The notes below the pieces were generated by a model. The model was not told where the DNA came from, did no database searches, and worked only from the letters and a program-made list of their open reading frames with translations. A stretch of DNA of 64,000 nucleotides from Octopus sinensis (Eukaryota). How positions within the stretch are numbered: position 1 is the stretch's first letter; every line of letters begins with the position of its first letter. A program made the position numbers and the translations under genes. The DNA is taken from assembly GCF_006345805.1 (NCBI RefSeq), contig NC_043021.1, positions 26,164,001 to 26,228,000 of the forward strand, read 5' to 3'. Shown piece after piece: positions 1-12,795 of the stretch.

Positions 1-984
1 AACCTAAAAGATTTCTCAATTGCAAAGTCCAAGAGTCTGTGAAAATCAATGAATATTTTTCATTGTGAAACTTGTTTAGAATTTGGCAAAATGAACTTAA
101 TTGAAATAAATGAGTAATAAAGTGGATGGGGGGGGGGACTAGAAATAAGAACATTATCAAATGAGGGAGAAACTGTAAGAAGTTGTTGTGTGGTTAAGAA
201 ATATGTTTCACAACCATATATTCTGGGTCAGGGTTCAGTCCCACTGCACAGCACCTTGAGTAAATGGCTTCTATTATAGCCCCAGGCTGACCAAAGACAT
301 GCGAATAGATTTGGTAGAGGGAAATTGAGTGGAAACTTGTCCTGAGCAACCTGCAGCCCACGGGATTTTCTCAATAGCAAACCAACAAAAATTTACCTTG
401 AATTTTGTTTTAGTGGTGTGGCCCACCTGATGATGTTGAGCTGTATCTCATTGTGGCTTGGTTCTCAAAAAAGACTGTCCATGCCAAGAGTAAACAATAT
501 TGGACAAGAGTAGGGTGGGAAATGATTTCCAGAAAGAGAATGGAGGGAAAAACCTTTCCAAATATTTCTTTCCCAAAATGTTCCCAAGAAACCAGTGTCA
601 ATTAGTTATCCTCATCACTCAAAATGCTTGATGACAAATCTCAGTCACTGCTAATCCAGTCTATAACAAAGCTGCAGAATCGCAGACACCATAGCAGAGT
701 GTTTCAATGATCTACGGTTGTTGGAACCATAAGATCCTGATAGTGTTTCTATGACCAATGTTTGGAATCATAGATAGCATAAGATTTGTGCTTCCGTGAT
801 CTTTGTCTGGAACAAATAGGCCAACCTGTGCTACTCCGGATTAACAAACAATAAAATGCAACATTTGACAGAGGATTAGGATTACAGCTGACTCATACAG
901 AACTGCATGTATGGAAGACCATAATATATACATACACACACACATCACTGTATTGAATAGATTATTTGATATGTTTATATCCCA

Positions 985-1205
985 TTAGTCATATGATGCT
1001 GCCCTGCTGGGGTGAGCAGGCCAAATCCCCCTTGAACACAATACCCAATCCATTGCTGAGTTCCCCACTTCTTGCACCTGAGTGGATTGGAGCACCATGA
1101 AATTAAGTATTTTGTTAAAGAAAACACACCACTCATCTGGGAATTGAAACCACAATCTTTGTGATCACAAATACAACACTCTAACCACTAGGCCACACAC
1201 CTCCA
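985..1205 (-). mobile_element. tRNA-derived SINE, diverged (GTGTCCTTGAGCAAG-type body)
   Basis: The reverse-strand tRNA-like head (…gggaattgaaaccacaatc…ctaaccactaggccac) is homologous to the copies at 5040-5260 and about 50755-50830. Confidence 0.55.
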
Positions 1206-1214
1206 AAATATACA

Positions 1215-1248
<34 letters not shown>

Positions 1249-1645
1249 AGGGACATGCTGCCTGGGTAGGCAAGGTAGGCAGTGCCTAACCCGAATAAAA
1301 CAGATCAATAGTAACATTTTCTTTTTATGGCAAAATACGCACCAAATTTAATAAAATTATGAAGATTACTCTGATTACTATGCATAAAATACAAAATATT
1401 TTACTTTTTTGTAGATTAGGTAGGCATAAGTTCGACCCTTGCCTTTCAATCTCAGTATTTAAGCTATGTGTAGGACTGCTGTAGTACACATGCTACGTAC
1501 ATTCCTATAACACCGTTTTCTTTACGTGCTAAAAAGGCAAAAGTAAATCTGCCTCCAATTCAGTCGCGTGCCTGTGTTTCATTTGTTTCTTTGTGTGTTT
1601 TACTACATAGACATCACCAACTGCCTACCCTGAATAATTACTGAT
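1249..1645. mobile_element. Possible MITE with TAGGCA-rich subterminal repeats
   Basis: The left end has gggtaggcaaggtaggcag and the right end has ctgcctaccctg, its reverse complement. It sits between TA/CA microsatellites and no TSD is clear. Confidence 0.3.
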
Positions 1646-2769
1646 GGCACACACACACACACACATATATATATATGTAGTGGATCTTGCAGGCATGAAG
1701 CGGATTTGATCCACCTTAGCCAAATTTAAATTAACAATTCAACAGAACTTTTCTCATGGTGGAACAACATTTTTTTCTCTGACAGCAGTTTCACATTTTG
1801 CCAGATTGCCTTTAGTTAGGCCGTAGTAATAATGTGTTCACCACTTGACTCTTATAACTTCTTCTACTTCACCAAAAGCTAGAATAGAGATATCACAGTA
1901 TCACCAACAAAGCCTATTGTTCTCAACGATATGTCTATCCTTCTGGATAGTTATAAAAACAAGAACCCGCAAGCAAAAGACAGTTAGTCACTTTGGTGAG
2001 TTGAGAGAGAGTTGAGTTAGTGAACCGACTAGAATCATGGAGGCAGGCAGACAAAACGGCCAGAGGGAAAAAGAAAAACAACGTCCCACACCGTCTTACT
2101 AGCTCTAATTTTGTTCTCTTACAACATCATTCTATCTCTCTCTGTAATTACTACTAAACAATGACAAGAACACAAACACAAACTACGCAAGGAAAATCTA
2201 CATCTACCTTTACTTTGCATGCTTTATGATTTTTATCACCTGCCTGTTGAGGCAAGGTAATATATTCAATGTAACGGTTAAATAAATATTTTCTTAAAAC
2301 TTCAAGCATTGTCCATCTTTCACATCTTACGACTATTTAATAAATTTTTATCTTTACAACTGCTGACTCTGACATTTCATATTTTTGTGTACCTAATCAA
2401 TCTTACTCATTACAATTAATTAAAACCTAACCGTTCCATATATATAATGATTCTGCACATTGCCACAGGTGCAATTCTGTTGCAGCAGAAGTGAATTCAG
2501 TCCCACGTGGCTGTGTTTCATTTTTATGTGTGACATGACATTTACAACAGCAATATCCACATAAACTGTAGTCACATGTCCACCTCATCCTCCATACTTG
2601 GTCATTTGCAGGGATATGTGTTCGTCCGTGAATGCCAAGCCCAAACCAAGGGTCACTGGGTAAGTTGCAATGTAGGGTTTTGTGGACCTCTTTCTTTTTC
2701 AGTAAAAGCCTGCAACTTACGTAGTAGTATCCATGGTAATACGATATCATCATCACCATAATTTACTGT

Positions 2770-3060
2770 TCGTTTTCCATGCTTGGGCATAGTTTCTATG
2801 ACTGGATGCCCTTCCTAATGCCAGCCATTTTACAGAGTGTACTGGGTGCTTTTTATGTGGCACCAGCACAAGGGATATCCCCATGTAACTCGTAAGACAA
2901 GGTCCCTCAACTGAGAGGGGGTGTAGTAGGGAAGGAAGTAGTTTTATACCCGGTGCTGAGATAGAAGGATAAAAACAGGTGATTTGTTGGAGGAGAGAGG
3001 CCAAGTTCCTCCAGTTGGAAAAACAGAAAAGATGGTGGAGAAGACATGTGAGGGAGGATT
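2770..3060 (-). mobile_element. RTE-tail repeat (5'-truncated RTE 3'UTR or RTE-tail SINE)
   Basis: ttccatgct…ctggatgcccttcctaatgccagcca…gtgctttttatgtggcaccagcac is the reverse complement of the tail seen at 18660-18825. Confidence 0.7.
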
Positions 3061-3906
3061 TAACTCTCTCTCGAGTGTGTGTAAATATAAATGGCAAAAT
3101 ATCCAACAGGAACTCTGATGATTTAACAAGTACAGGTGCTTAACTCAGTTTTCGTGCTATTGAGCAAAGGAAAAATAAGTCCTTTCCGAGAAATGATGCT
3201 AAGTATGTACCATGTGTTACATATTCTTAACAGCTGGGAGCAACCACAGTATATAAAATTAAGGGCCTTGTCCTGCACTGATATGAAAGAAATAAGGTGA
3301 CTACGATAGAACTGTGCTTAAAAAAGCTATGGACGGAGAGTGTAATACTTAATCTAGTCCATTATTTTACATCTACTGTCATGTGAGTACAAAGACCTGG
3401 TACCGTCTAAGCCAAGATTACAGTAGTAACAGTAACAATAGTAGTAGTAGTAGTAGCAGCAGCAGCATGTTTACAAGCACATCAGTGATTAGAACAGCTT
3501 ATGTTAGTAATTTTTCACCACACCAAAATCAGCATCGATATTTGGCGAGATTTCAAAAACTTTGAAATGCAGCCAAAGCAACACAAACTCCACCAGAAGT
3601 TTCAATTGAAAGGAGAAAAAAAAGGGAAAAAATGAATACTGGCAGCTTTGTAGTATTTTTGATGTGGGTCTTTAAAAGGGAATAAGGTCCTTCAGCCAAT
3701 GTAAAACAGATGAAGGTTGCATGCCCCGCTATGGTCGATGAATTCATTCATAGTGTACACCAGAGCATTTCTAAGGTGTAGCTTTGTGTTAACAAACATA
3801 GAATTTTAGTCTAATTGGGGAAAGTTGATTAACCTTTCTGACACCAACACAACTGAGGCTGCTCCTGGGCCGATGACAGGATCTTGCTGTTCTAATTGAT
3901 CTAAAT

Positions 3907-4130
3907 TTAACTCGTTAGCATTCAGACTATTCTGTCAAATGGAATACTTATTCATTCACGTTGTTTTCTATTCATTATCTCATAGATTTGAGACTTTGAC
4001 TATGTGATTGTTATTTTTAGAATGATATTGTAGGGGAGGTGGGAGAGGCCAGATCTGGCTGGCTTGAACAAAAAACAGGGAGAATGTTTGGGGGTGGATA
4101 TGGGGGCCAGTTTAAATGCTAAAGGATTAA
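3907..4130 (-). mobile_element. piggyBac-type MITE, family 1
   Basis: TTAA at both ends, with degenerate TIRs (ctcgttagcatt…aatgctaaagga). The same body recurs at 5310, 7977, 12215, 12575, 29140, 42895 and 48628. Confidence 0.7.
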
Positions 4131-4329
4131 ATTTCCCATAAAAAATTTCACGCTGATTTCTGTCCCAAACACCAGCTTCATAATGCGAAAATTGTTTTAC
4201 GAAATTCTTCCTTATTTTAAAACTTAATTGAAACAAAGGCAGCGCATTTCAACAGGAATATGGTAACAAACTGATTAAGAATGGTTGACCTAACATTGCA
4301 GTTCAAGATATCTAACAACACTGTAGAAA

Positions 4330-4565
4330 GTACTAATTAATCAATCAATCAGTCCACATGGCCAGCTTATGCAGCATTATTATGCAAATTAAACTGATCC
4401 GTTTAGCAGAGCCCTGGCTTCTATCCGCTATAAATAGCTGGACGGGCCCGTTTAGCTGTGTCCAAGTTTAGATACACAATAAATAGTAACAAGCAACTAA
4501 TTGGCCCAGCAGCAGCAGAAAATAGCTACTCTTTCTGTTATGAAGATGTAACCAGTCAGATGGAA
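4330..4565. promoter_or_regulatory. Candidate enhancer with a MEF2 / octamer / E-box / homeodomain motif cluster
   Basis: CTATAAATAG at 4428-4437 (exact MEF2 consensus), ATGCAAAT at 4382-4389, CACATG and CAGATG E-boxes, TAATTA and TAATTG, CCGTTTAGC twice, and retained CpGs in non-repeat sequence. Confidence 0.45.
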
Positions 4566-5039
4566 TCCTTTTTTTTCTTTTCTGTCCACAGAGAGAGATT
4601 AACCAGTGATGTAGCTATGCTGTATAAAGAAAGTGGACATATTTCCAATTAGATGAACACACTCACACTACATCAATTGTGATAAAAAGAACAAAACAAT
4701 GTGGAGTTGTTATTTAGCCTCACTCCAACCATGCCCAGACCTACCTATGATCAAAAGCATTCCAGCCAAGGCTACACCATCTTATTCTAGCAATCACATT
4801 ATCCTATCTATGCTTTCAGGAAGGACATCTGGCAACAGAAAATCTGCCTTAATCAACTCCCTCTGACCCATGGCAAGAATGGAAGGGAGGGGGATGTTTA
4901 AAGCAATGATGATGAGTATAGAGGGACTTAACTAAAATAATCCTCATCCTCCTTTGATGTGGTTGAACAACTAACCCCAATCAATGTAGGGATTCAGTGT
5001 AGGGATTCTGCTATTTGTCCTTTCAATCACTGAATACAA

Positions 5040-5262
5040 ACCATGGCTCACGAGACCTCCGTTCAGGTGATTCCCTGGGGTCACCTTCTCACCCGTGTAT
5101 GCCAATCAACCTCAGGGGGGACCCATTTACAGCTGAATGGACTGGAACAACGTGAAATGAGGTGTCTTGCTCAAGGACACAATGTGCAGCCAGCCAGGGA
5201 ATCGAAACCCTCATCTCACAACTGAGAGTGCAACACCCCAACCGCTAGGCCAAGTGCATTCA
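5040..5262 (-). mobile_element. tRNA-derived SINE
   Basis: The reverse strand reads gtgtccttgagcaagacacctcatttcacg…cagctgtaaatggg, preceded by a tRNA-like head (gggtttcgattccc). Confidence 0.65.
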
Positions 5263-5749
5263 TTAGTAACCATTAACAGTGTGTGTTGTTAGAAACATGG
5301 TCCCAAGTGAATCTTTTAGCATTCACATTATTCTGTCAAACGTAATGCTCATTTATTGACCTTGCTCTGAATTAATCATCCATTGTCAGGTAGCTTTGAA
5401 ATTTTGATGAAGTAATTATTTATTTTTAGAATGACATTGTAGGGTAGGTAAGAGAGGCCGAATGTGGCTAGTTGGAATATAAAACATAAAATATTTGGGC
5501 TGGATATGGCCAGTTTAAATGTTAAAGCTTACTATCTGTTGACAAAGATTATCCTCTGCAGTCACAAGCCCATGTTTCACGGCTGTATAGCATGGCTGTT
5601 TGCATACAGGCATCATACAATTGCCTTTCACTCTGAGAGAAAGGCCTTTGTTGCCAATAAAGGCAGAAGCTCTCTAAACTTTGCCCAGCCTGTTCTTATT
5701 CTAGCAGCTATGCTCTCAGAGCATCCACCTCCACTGCTGACTTGGTCAC

Positions 5750-6510
5750 CTAGGTAACGAAAGCTATCAACTACTTCTAGGTATCCTTGATGGCATTTAA
5801 TGGAGTCTATTTTCTGAATGTGTGGGAGTCAAATGCACAAGTACAATAAGCTCTAGAAACAAACTATATTCCCTGTCAACCTTCCCCTGATATTGCTGCA
5901 CCTCTTATGTGTCCATAGCTTGTACTATCTTATGGAATTTCTACCTATGCCTTTTCTACATATTGAGCAGGGCCATCTCCCTGGAGGGATTTGTGATTTG
6001 TCTATTTTCCTATTTACTAAAACTTGGGTTTTTGCTAAATTAACTCTTTGATTCCAGGCCTTGATTCCACTCCTGAAATTTTTTTTTTCAGTTCTGGTAG
6101 TGATTCAACAATAAGAACAAGGTCACCAGCAAAGAGGAGCTGCCAGGGGACAGTCCGACTTAAATTCCACTGGAGGACTATGATGAACAAGAAAGGGCTG
6201 GTGAACTCCTACTTGTACACTGAATTCATTGCTGTACTCCTTGCCAATCCACACCTTACTGTCAGCTCCCTGTACAAGGTTTGTACAGCTCTCACCAAAC
6301 ATTCCTCTATCCCTAGTTTCTACAATGACCACTAGATAAGGGATTGGGGGATCCTGTCAAAGGCTTTCTCCATGTCAACAAAAGCTAAGTTTAGTTTTTG
6401 GCTAGGAACTTCTCCTGCAACTGTCTTACAAGGAATATAGCATCAGTGGTGCTTCTCCCTGGCACAAAACCAAACTGCATCTCATCTAGCCTAACTTTCT
6501 TCCTAATCAC
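5750..6510 (-). mobile_element. Decayed RTE-clade LINE ORF2 fragment (reverse transcriptase and downstream Cys-rich region)
   Basis: The minus strand translates to LDEMQFGFVPGRSTTDAIFLVRQLQEKFLA and EFSVQVGVHQ…EFKSDCP. Frameshifts and stops are present. Confidence 0.9.
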
Positions 6511-7253
6511 CATATCAATCATATTAACCAAATATCAACAACGAATACAAAAGAATAGACTGGAGATTTTTTTTATGGTTTTGGCTTAATTAAAATGAAG
6601 CAAATTTATCAAATTCAATTTGTCAAAATGCAATAAATGTGAAAACTGACATTTTAAATTTAATTTTATGTTTTGTATTGATTTGGTTATGGATTCTTTT
6701 AATCCTCAATGGGAAAAACTGGATCAATGAGACGAAACCATTGTCTTCAAAGAGCTAATGAATCTGATTATAAAGGGGAAACTAGAATAGAACATGTTGT
6801 GCGTATTTACAATGTTGTAAGCTCATCCATAACAGGTGAGGCAGACAGGTAATACAAGAGACCTGTCTTTTGTAACAGAGAAAATAGACAAATTGTGAAG
6901 AATAAAAATTCCAGCTTAAACTGGCGGCAGTTGATTGTTAAACATTAGTTTTATCGTATTCTCTTAGAAGCCATTTTTAATGTAAAAATTAGATTTTCTT
7001 TTATAAGTGACATATAAGAGAGAATAGGAACAGAGAAAGAGAGGGAGAAAGAGAATGAAGGCAAAGAGGGGGGAGGAGAAAGAAAGAGAGGAGGAGAGTT
7101 ATATTTGAATGATTAAAAGAACATTCCATATTATTTTAGCTGCCTTTTAATACTTTGAACACGGAAAGTGACTGAATCTGCTCCAAATTTTAGAATTCCT
7201 AATTGCAAAAAGTGGGGTTTAACCCAAAGCATTGGAAAGAAACTACTTCTTAC

Positions 7254-7345
7254 GTTGCAAGGTGTGGAGGCACAGCAAGTGATGTTTTTACAAAAGGCAT
7301 TTCCCACATTTTCTTCATTTTTTCCACATATTTCATCAAATCACT
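7254..7345 (-). CDS. Candidate 92-nt internal exon (SDLMKYVEKMKKMWEMPFVKTSLAVPPHLA…), product unknown
   Basis: Acceptor ttttgattcttgctctgcaaag with an upstream CTAA branch-like site, donor AC|gtaaga, one open frame, non-repeat sequence. I recognise no homology. Confidence 0.3.
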
Positions 7346-7976
7346 CTTTGCAGAGCAAGAATCAAAAATACTTTTTAGTGGTGGATATGAAAAACAATTC
7401 CCACAGGAAATATTGGAAAAGTACTACAGAAGCAGAAAATATTGGTTTCAAATTTTAGCACAAGGAGGGGGGGTTACGTCAGTTACAAATATCCGTCAAA
7501 TGTAAATAATGGAACTTATTTTATCAACTGGCAAGAGAATGAAAAGCCACTAAGTATTTTGCTTGGTGTGGTAATGGTTTGGTCAGAAGCAGAAAATATT
7601 AATTTTTGGTGGATAATTAACATCCTTATGGGAATAACCATGAAATTTAATTAAGCAATTAAGGCATTGAACTAGCAGAATCATTAGAATTTCAGGACAA
7701 ATGTCTTGAGACATTTGTTTCAAACGTTTTCTATTCTGAGTTCAAATCCTGCCTTGATCAACTTAGCTCTTCAGTCTTTCAGGGTTGATAAAATAAAGAA
7801 GGATTAATGCCATCAGCCAATCCTAATCTCTTCCCTTCAAAATTGCTGGCCTTGTGCTTGAATTAGAAACTGTTGTTTTAATTATTCTTATTCAATGATT
7901 TCTGGTAAAATAGAAATTAGTCTAGCCTCAACATTTATAATAATTACAATATATTTTAGTCAAGATGAACTTTTAT

Positions 7977-8195
7977 TTAATCCTTCAACATTCAGGCTAA
8001 TCTAATGCTTATCTATTCATATTGTCTTGAATTAATTACACATTATCTCATAGCTTTCAGATTTTCATGATTGTATACTTTGTTTTTAGAATGGCATTGC
8101 AGTGTAAGTACAAGAGATCAGATCTGGCCAACCTGAACATAGAACAAGTAGGATATTTGGGCCTGATATTGCCAGATTAAATGCTCAAGGGTTAA
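7977..8195 (-). mobile_element. piggyBac-type MITE, family 1
   Basis: TTAA-flanked and ending aatgctcaagggttaa, with the shared family body. Confidence 0.7.
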
Positions 8196-8609
8196 TTTAT
8201 TACTCGTTATAAAATTTGGGTGATTAAAAAAAAAATAAATCAAAAATAAACCAAAGATGAAAACGTTGAGTGTGTGGTCAAGAAGTTTACAGAGTTCTAG
8301 GTTTGATTATTTCCCTGCAGGCTACTTTGGCCATTAAGTTGACCATTGCCCTGTGAGTGAAATAGGGTCTATGCGAAAGCCCACCATACTTATGCTAATG
8401 TTTTCCACCTATGTATATATCAGAAAGCGTACACATCAATAGGAAAACCATTAAAAAAAATTTGTTTAAACCAGTGGCTTTTGAACAAAACTCTGTTGCA
8501 ATGTTTGTTCTGCATCAAGCTACAAACACTCCCTTGCCCATCTCACTGTCAGAAATGCAGTCAGCCAGTGATCAACCCATTGGAAGCCAATAATCAATGA
8601 TGCTATTGA

Positions 8610-8980
8610 TCTCCGTCACTGTTGTTTTAATGTCTACCTTCTCATGCCTGCATGGGTTAAATGAGAGTATGCTGTAGCAAGGTTTTCCAGGGCTGGATGC
8701 CCTTCCTGTCACCAACCCCTGTTTCCATGTGAGATAATAACCTGCCAGTCTATCAAACAAACCACCCAGATATGGTTTTGTGGAGCAGTGAGAATAAACA
8801 AGACCAAAAGCAAAGCCGATGTTTACAACCAGCGAGTGAAATACAAAATCACTGACACAAATACACACACAAGGCCTTGGTTGATCCAGGGTTTTAGAAG
8901 ATACATGTCCAAGGTGCCATGCAGTGGGATTGAACCTGAAACTTCATACTTGACAAGCAACTTCTTAACCATACAGGCAC
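8610..8980 (-). mobile_element. tRNA-head SINE with RTE-type tail
   Basis: The tail (ttaatgtctaccttctcatgcctgcatggg…ggatgcccttcctgtcaccaaccc) and head (gtgccatgcagtgggattgaacc…ttcttaaccatacag) are in reverse orientation. Confidence 0.7.
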
Positions 8981-10259
8981 AAAGAAACAACAAACAGAAC
9001 AGCAAATTCATGAGAGTTGATTTTTAAGGATCAACAGACATGACATAATTCCAGTATGGAAGCATTTAGTATCCGACCTAATTTTATAAGCTGCTAAGTA
9101 CAGTGCAAAGGGGAGATTTTCATTCCCAATTACTTGCAAACAAGTTTTTAAAGCTTCTCAACTTTATTGCTACATGTATAAAACATTGGCTGGGATTCAT
9201 CAAAGAATGCAAAACCTCAACAAATACTGCCACATAATGCAACCAAACAGACGTCGGTCAACAATCAGCTATTACCATTATTACTGTTATTATTACCATC
9301 ACTGTTTTCTGCTTCATCATAAAGCTTAACCGCTCTATACAGAAACGTATGCTCTGGCCCAGTTATACAATTTGTTGTGTGTAGCTTTTGTATGACTCGC
9401 AAGCTTTTGTCTGCGTTAACAATTACTAATGTTCACATTATAATGGGTCGTTCTCTGTATACATTTAACCCCCATCCTCCACTCGACAATAAAGAAACAT
9501 TCTTCCTCGACTCTTATTATTAATGTCTGTCCAAATGGTTTGCTTTCATTTCCCAATCTATTTGTGCAGCCATCTCCCTAGATTTTGTAACCTGGTTGTT
9601 TTCAACAATAGTTTTGGCGAAATGATTGATTGTCATTGATTTCTAGCATATTGTCCAACATGTGTAACAGCCTATTTGGCCATGCAGCCTCACGGATGAT
9701 CTTGTCTATATTTCCCCTCATCTTATCATATGGGCAAATACTCCAAGTAAGAGTTTGTCAAGTTTTTTCAGCTTCAATAAAACAAAATTTTACTCTACCT
9801 TTAGTGTTTGAATGACATCTTCTCCAGTTTGTTTTGCAACTGTGTCCTCACATGTGTGTGTGTGTGGGGGGGTATTGACTTTAGACAGCAAAAGACTATT
9901 TTGTCAACTGCTTCCTGGTATTCAGTGCAGTGAAATCTACGATCTCAAACCTATTGTAGAAACTATCTCAATCTGTACCGTGTCCCTCATCAAGAAACAG
10001 CTAAGTACACCCAGTTTATATAATTGTTGTTCTTGTGGTTGTTACTGGCAAAAATCAGCAGAGCAGTATTTCTTCTGGCTCTTTACATTCTGAGTTCAAA
10101 TCTTGTTGAGGTGAACTTTGCCTTTCATCCCTCCAGGGTCATTAAAATAAGGTACCTGTCAAGTATTGCTATTGATTTAATCAACAAGCTTCTACCCTTA
10201 AGTTTCTGGGTTTTACCAATGCTAAAAAAAGGAAGGGGTAGAAAGCAAAATCGAAGGCT

Positions 10260-11290
10260 CTGACACTCAAAATCGTTGCATCAAAGGAAGAACTGGTGGG
10301 CAAATAAGAAGAAGAGAAGGGGCCAGAAAAGGCATCACAAACGACATGTCAGGAGCAACGAGAGTACTTAATGTTTTTTTTTATGTGAAACACAAAGGTG
10401 GCATCGCCAAAGGTCTGGTGCATTCTCCAAGGCATGAAAGAAGAGAAGCTGTTCAATGGAGCCAGATGCCAGAGGTGCATCACAGTAACAAAGTCACAAT
10501 TCAGTCTTCACTGGAACAGGATGGTAATAATTCTAAGAAGACGTATGCAGCTTTTCAACAACACTTTGTTCAATGTTTTAAAGAGAGTCATGGGCCAGAG
10601 GTGAATTTCAGTGCCAACCTCAATAGCCTGCCATGGCTCTCAGCAAAAGATGTGGAGTGCTGAGAAAAGCCAATAAGAGCAACTGAGATACGGCTTGCAG
10701 TAAGTAAGGGTCTGATGAGCAAACTCTCTGCTTTGAATAGACTGCTCTATGAGCTTTATGCATACACAGAAGAATCGTTTGGTAATGTTTACTGAAACTT
10801 GTAGCAGAATGGGGGACTTCCCAGTTTTTCGAGTGAAGGAAGGTTAGAACTGCAGAAAAAAATGTCATCAGATGGATGGAACTGATAATTTCCAGCTCAT
10901 AATTCTGCTGAATGCAGAAGCTAAGATATTGGTTGAGGGTGGGTGAAAAATCTTGCTTTAGTGTGGTCTTGATCAATTTGGTTTAACTGAAAGCTCTCAA
11001 TAAGGTTGAGCTTCACTGATTGGCAGCTAGTTTCAATCCTGTTTCCAGTAGCTACATTGCTTCAATGTACAGTGGTAGGCCATTCCTGGAATGTGGAATA
11101 AGATCAATGCCAGTATATGCAAATGGCATCACCGTAATAGTGTTGAACACTCTTGAAGCAGAGTAAATGGCATTGTTCTGGAAGAATATGAAGCAGTGAC
11201 AAGATCAATTCAGACAAAGATGTGGATTCGTAACTAAATACCTGGACAGTGTATTGGAACAACGGACAGACAGACTGGTTAATCTACTTG
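10260..11290 (+). mobile_element. Decayed L1/Tx1-clade LINE ORF2 fragment
   Basis: Remnant motifs include AFQQHF, NLNSLPWLSAKDVEC, ILLNAEAKIL (10902-10931) and YANGITVIV (11116-11142, a decayed YADD catalytic motif). Confidence 0.8.
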
Positions 11291-11434
11291 CAGGGGGGGG
11301 GGGGTCTACATCAGTCTGAATCTCCTGGTGGATAGGAACTAAGACAAGGTAATGACCAGAGTGGCTAGTCTAACAAAAGGAATGAACTGAGAGGATAGAA
11401 TCTCTGTAAAGTCAGATAGAAATGGTAAATGCAT

Positions 11435-11630
11435 GCTGGTGCTGCATAAAAAGCACCCAGAATACTCTTCTGAAGTGGTTGGCATTGGGAAGGGCATCCA
11501 GCCATAGAAACCATACCAAAACAGACAAATGGAGCCTGGTCAAGCGCTCCAGCTGGCCATCCCCTGTCAAATTTGCCCAACCCTTGCCAGCATGGAAAAT
11601 GAAGATGATGATGATGATGATGATGATCAC
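11435..11630 (+). mobile_element. RTE-tail repeat ending in (GAT)n
   Basis: aaagcaccca…tggttggcattgggaagggcatccagc…ccagcatggaaaatgaa(gat)n. Confidence 0.75.
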
Positions 11631-12214
11631 CTCCATCATCATCTGACTCTTCAGAGCACAGCAGTTGCTGAATCTTGCCACCCTGTACCATTTTATTTCG
11701 ACTTAGAACATTTGATATTTTGGTGCAGATGTAAAATCTATGAAGAGTTTCTTAATTGCTGACTGAGTTTCTTAGTGCAGTGCCTAAAAGAAAAAGTGAT
11801 ATCACTCGTAAATAAATAAATGAGAATCGTTAGTATTTGGATGGAAACAAAACTATTTCAAGATGAATTTTCTTAATGCAACTGTTTTGGCTCAGGACCA
11901 AGAACAGGCTTCAACTTGGAGTAAATGATGCTGTGAATGGATTGGCATCATCATTGTCATCATCATCCTTCTTTTAACATCCACCTTTCCATGCTTGCAT
12001 GGGTCAGATGGAATTTGTTGGAGCAGATTTTCTATGGCTGAAAGCCCTTCCTGTTGCCAACCTTCATTTTGTTTTCCTATGACCAGCCATACTATCACGG
12101 AAGGTTAGAAACAGACAACACCACTCGTATACAACTGCTGTATGTTACGAAGAGAACACACACACACACACAATGGGTTTCTTTCAGTTTATCAACCAAA
12201 TCCGCTCACAAGGC

Positions 12215-12407
12215 TTAACCGTTTAGTATTTAAATGGGCTCAAATATTCTACTTATTTTATCCAGATCTGGCCTTTCACACTTACTTACAATGTCATTCT
12301 AGAAAAATTAACAGATACATCATCAAAATCATGAAGGCATGAGATAATGCTTCATTAATTTAAAACAAAGTGAATTTGACAAAGCAATCTGAATGCTAAA
12401 GGGTTAA
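12215..12407 (+). mobile_element. piggyBac-type MITE, family 1
   Basis: ttaa|ccgtttagtattt…aatgctaaaggg|ttaa, with an intact TTAA TSD. Confidence 0.8.
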
Positions 12408-12574
12408 ATTACTTTCAGATATTCTGCAATATATTGTATCCCTTACGTTACAGGTCTCAAAAGAATCGAGTTGAGTTAAATTGCCAACACTGAGGCTCTT
12501 TACTGTGACCAAATGGTCATGTTTTCACCCTGAATCAGATTGCTACATCTTTGGGTATATCTGGGGGTACGACT

Positions 12575-12795
12575 CTAACCCTTTAGCATTTAACAAAGCC
12601 ATATCAGGCCTGACATAAGCTGCTTGTTTTATGTCGATCTTGGCCTTTTACACTTACCACACAATGTCATTCTAAAAATAAACAGTCACATCATGAATAT
12701 CTCAAAGCTATAAGATGATGCAGGATTTTAGTTGAAAACAATGTGAATAAATAAGCATTACATTTGATGAAGCAATCTGAATGCTAAAGGGTCAA
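12575..12795 (+). mobile_element. piggyBac-type MITE, family 1
   Basis: ccctttagcatt…aatgctaaaggg TIRs with degenerate TTAA flanks. Confidence 0.8.

Noticed and set aside
3340-3362. tggacggaga, matching the first 10 nt of miR-184
   Set aside because: The rest does not match and there is no precursor hairpin.
4330-4565. miR-1/miR-133 cluster near the MEF2 site
   Set aside because: I did not find either mature sequence on either strand by eye.
9300-9830. Possible decayed DDE transposase on the minus strand
   Set aside because: I could not recover any diagnostic motif.
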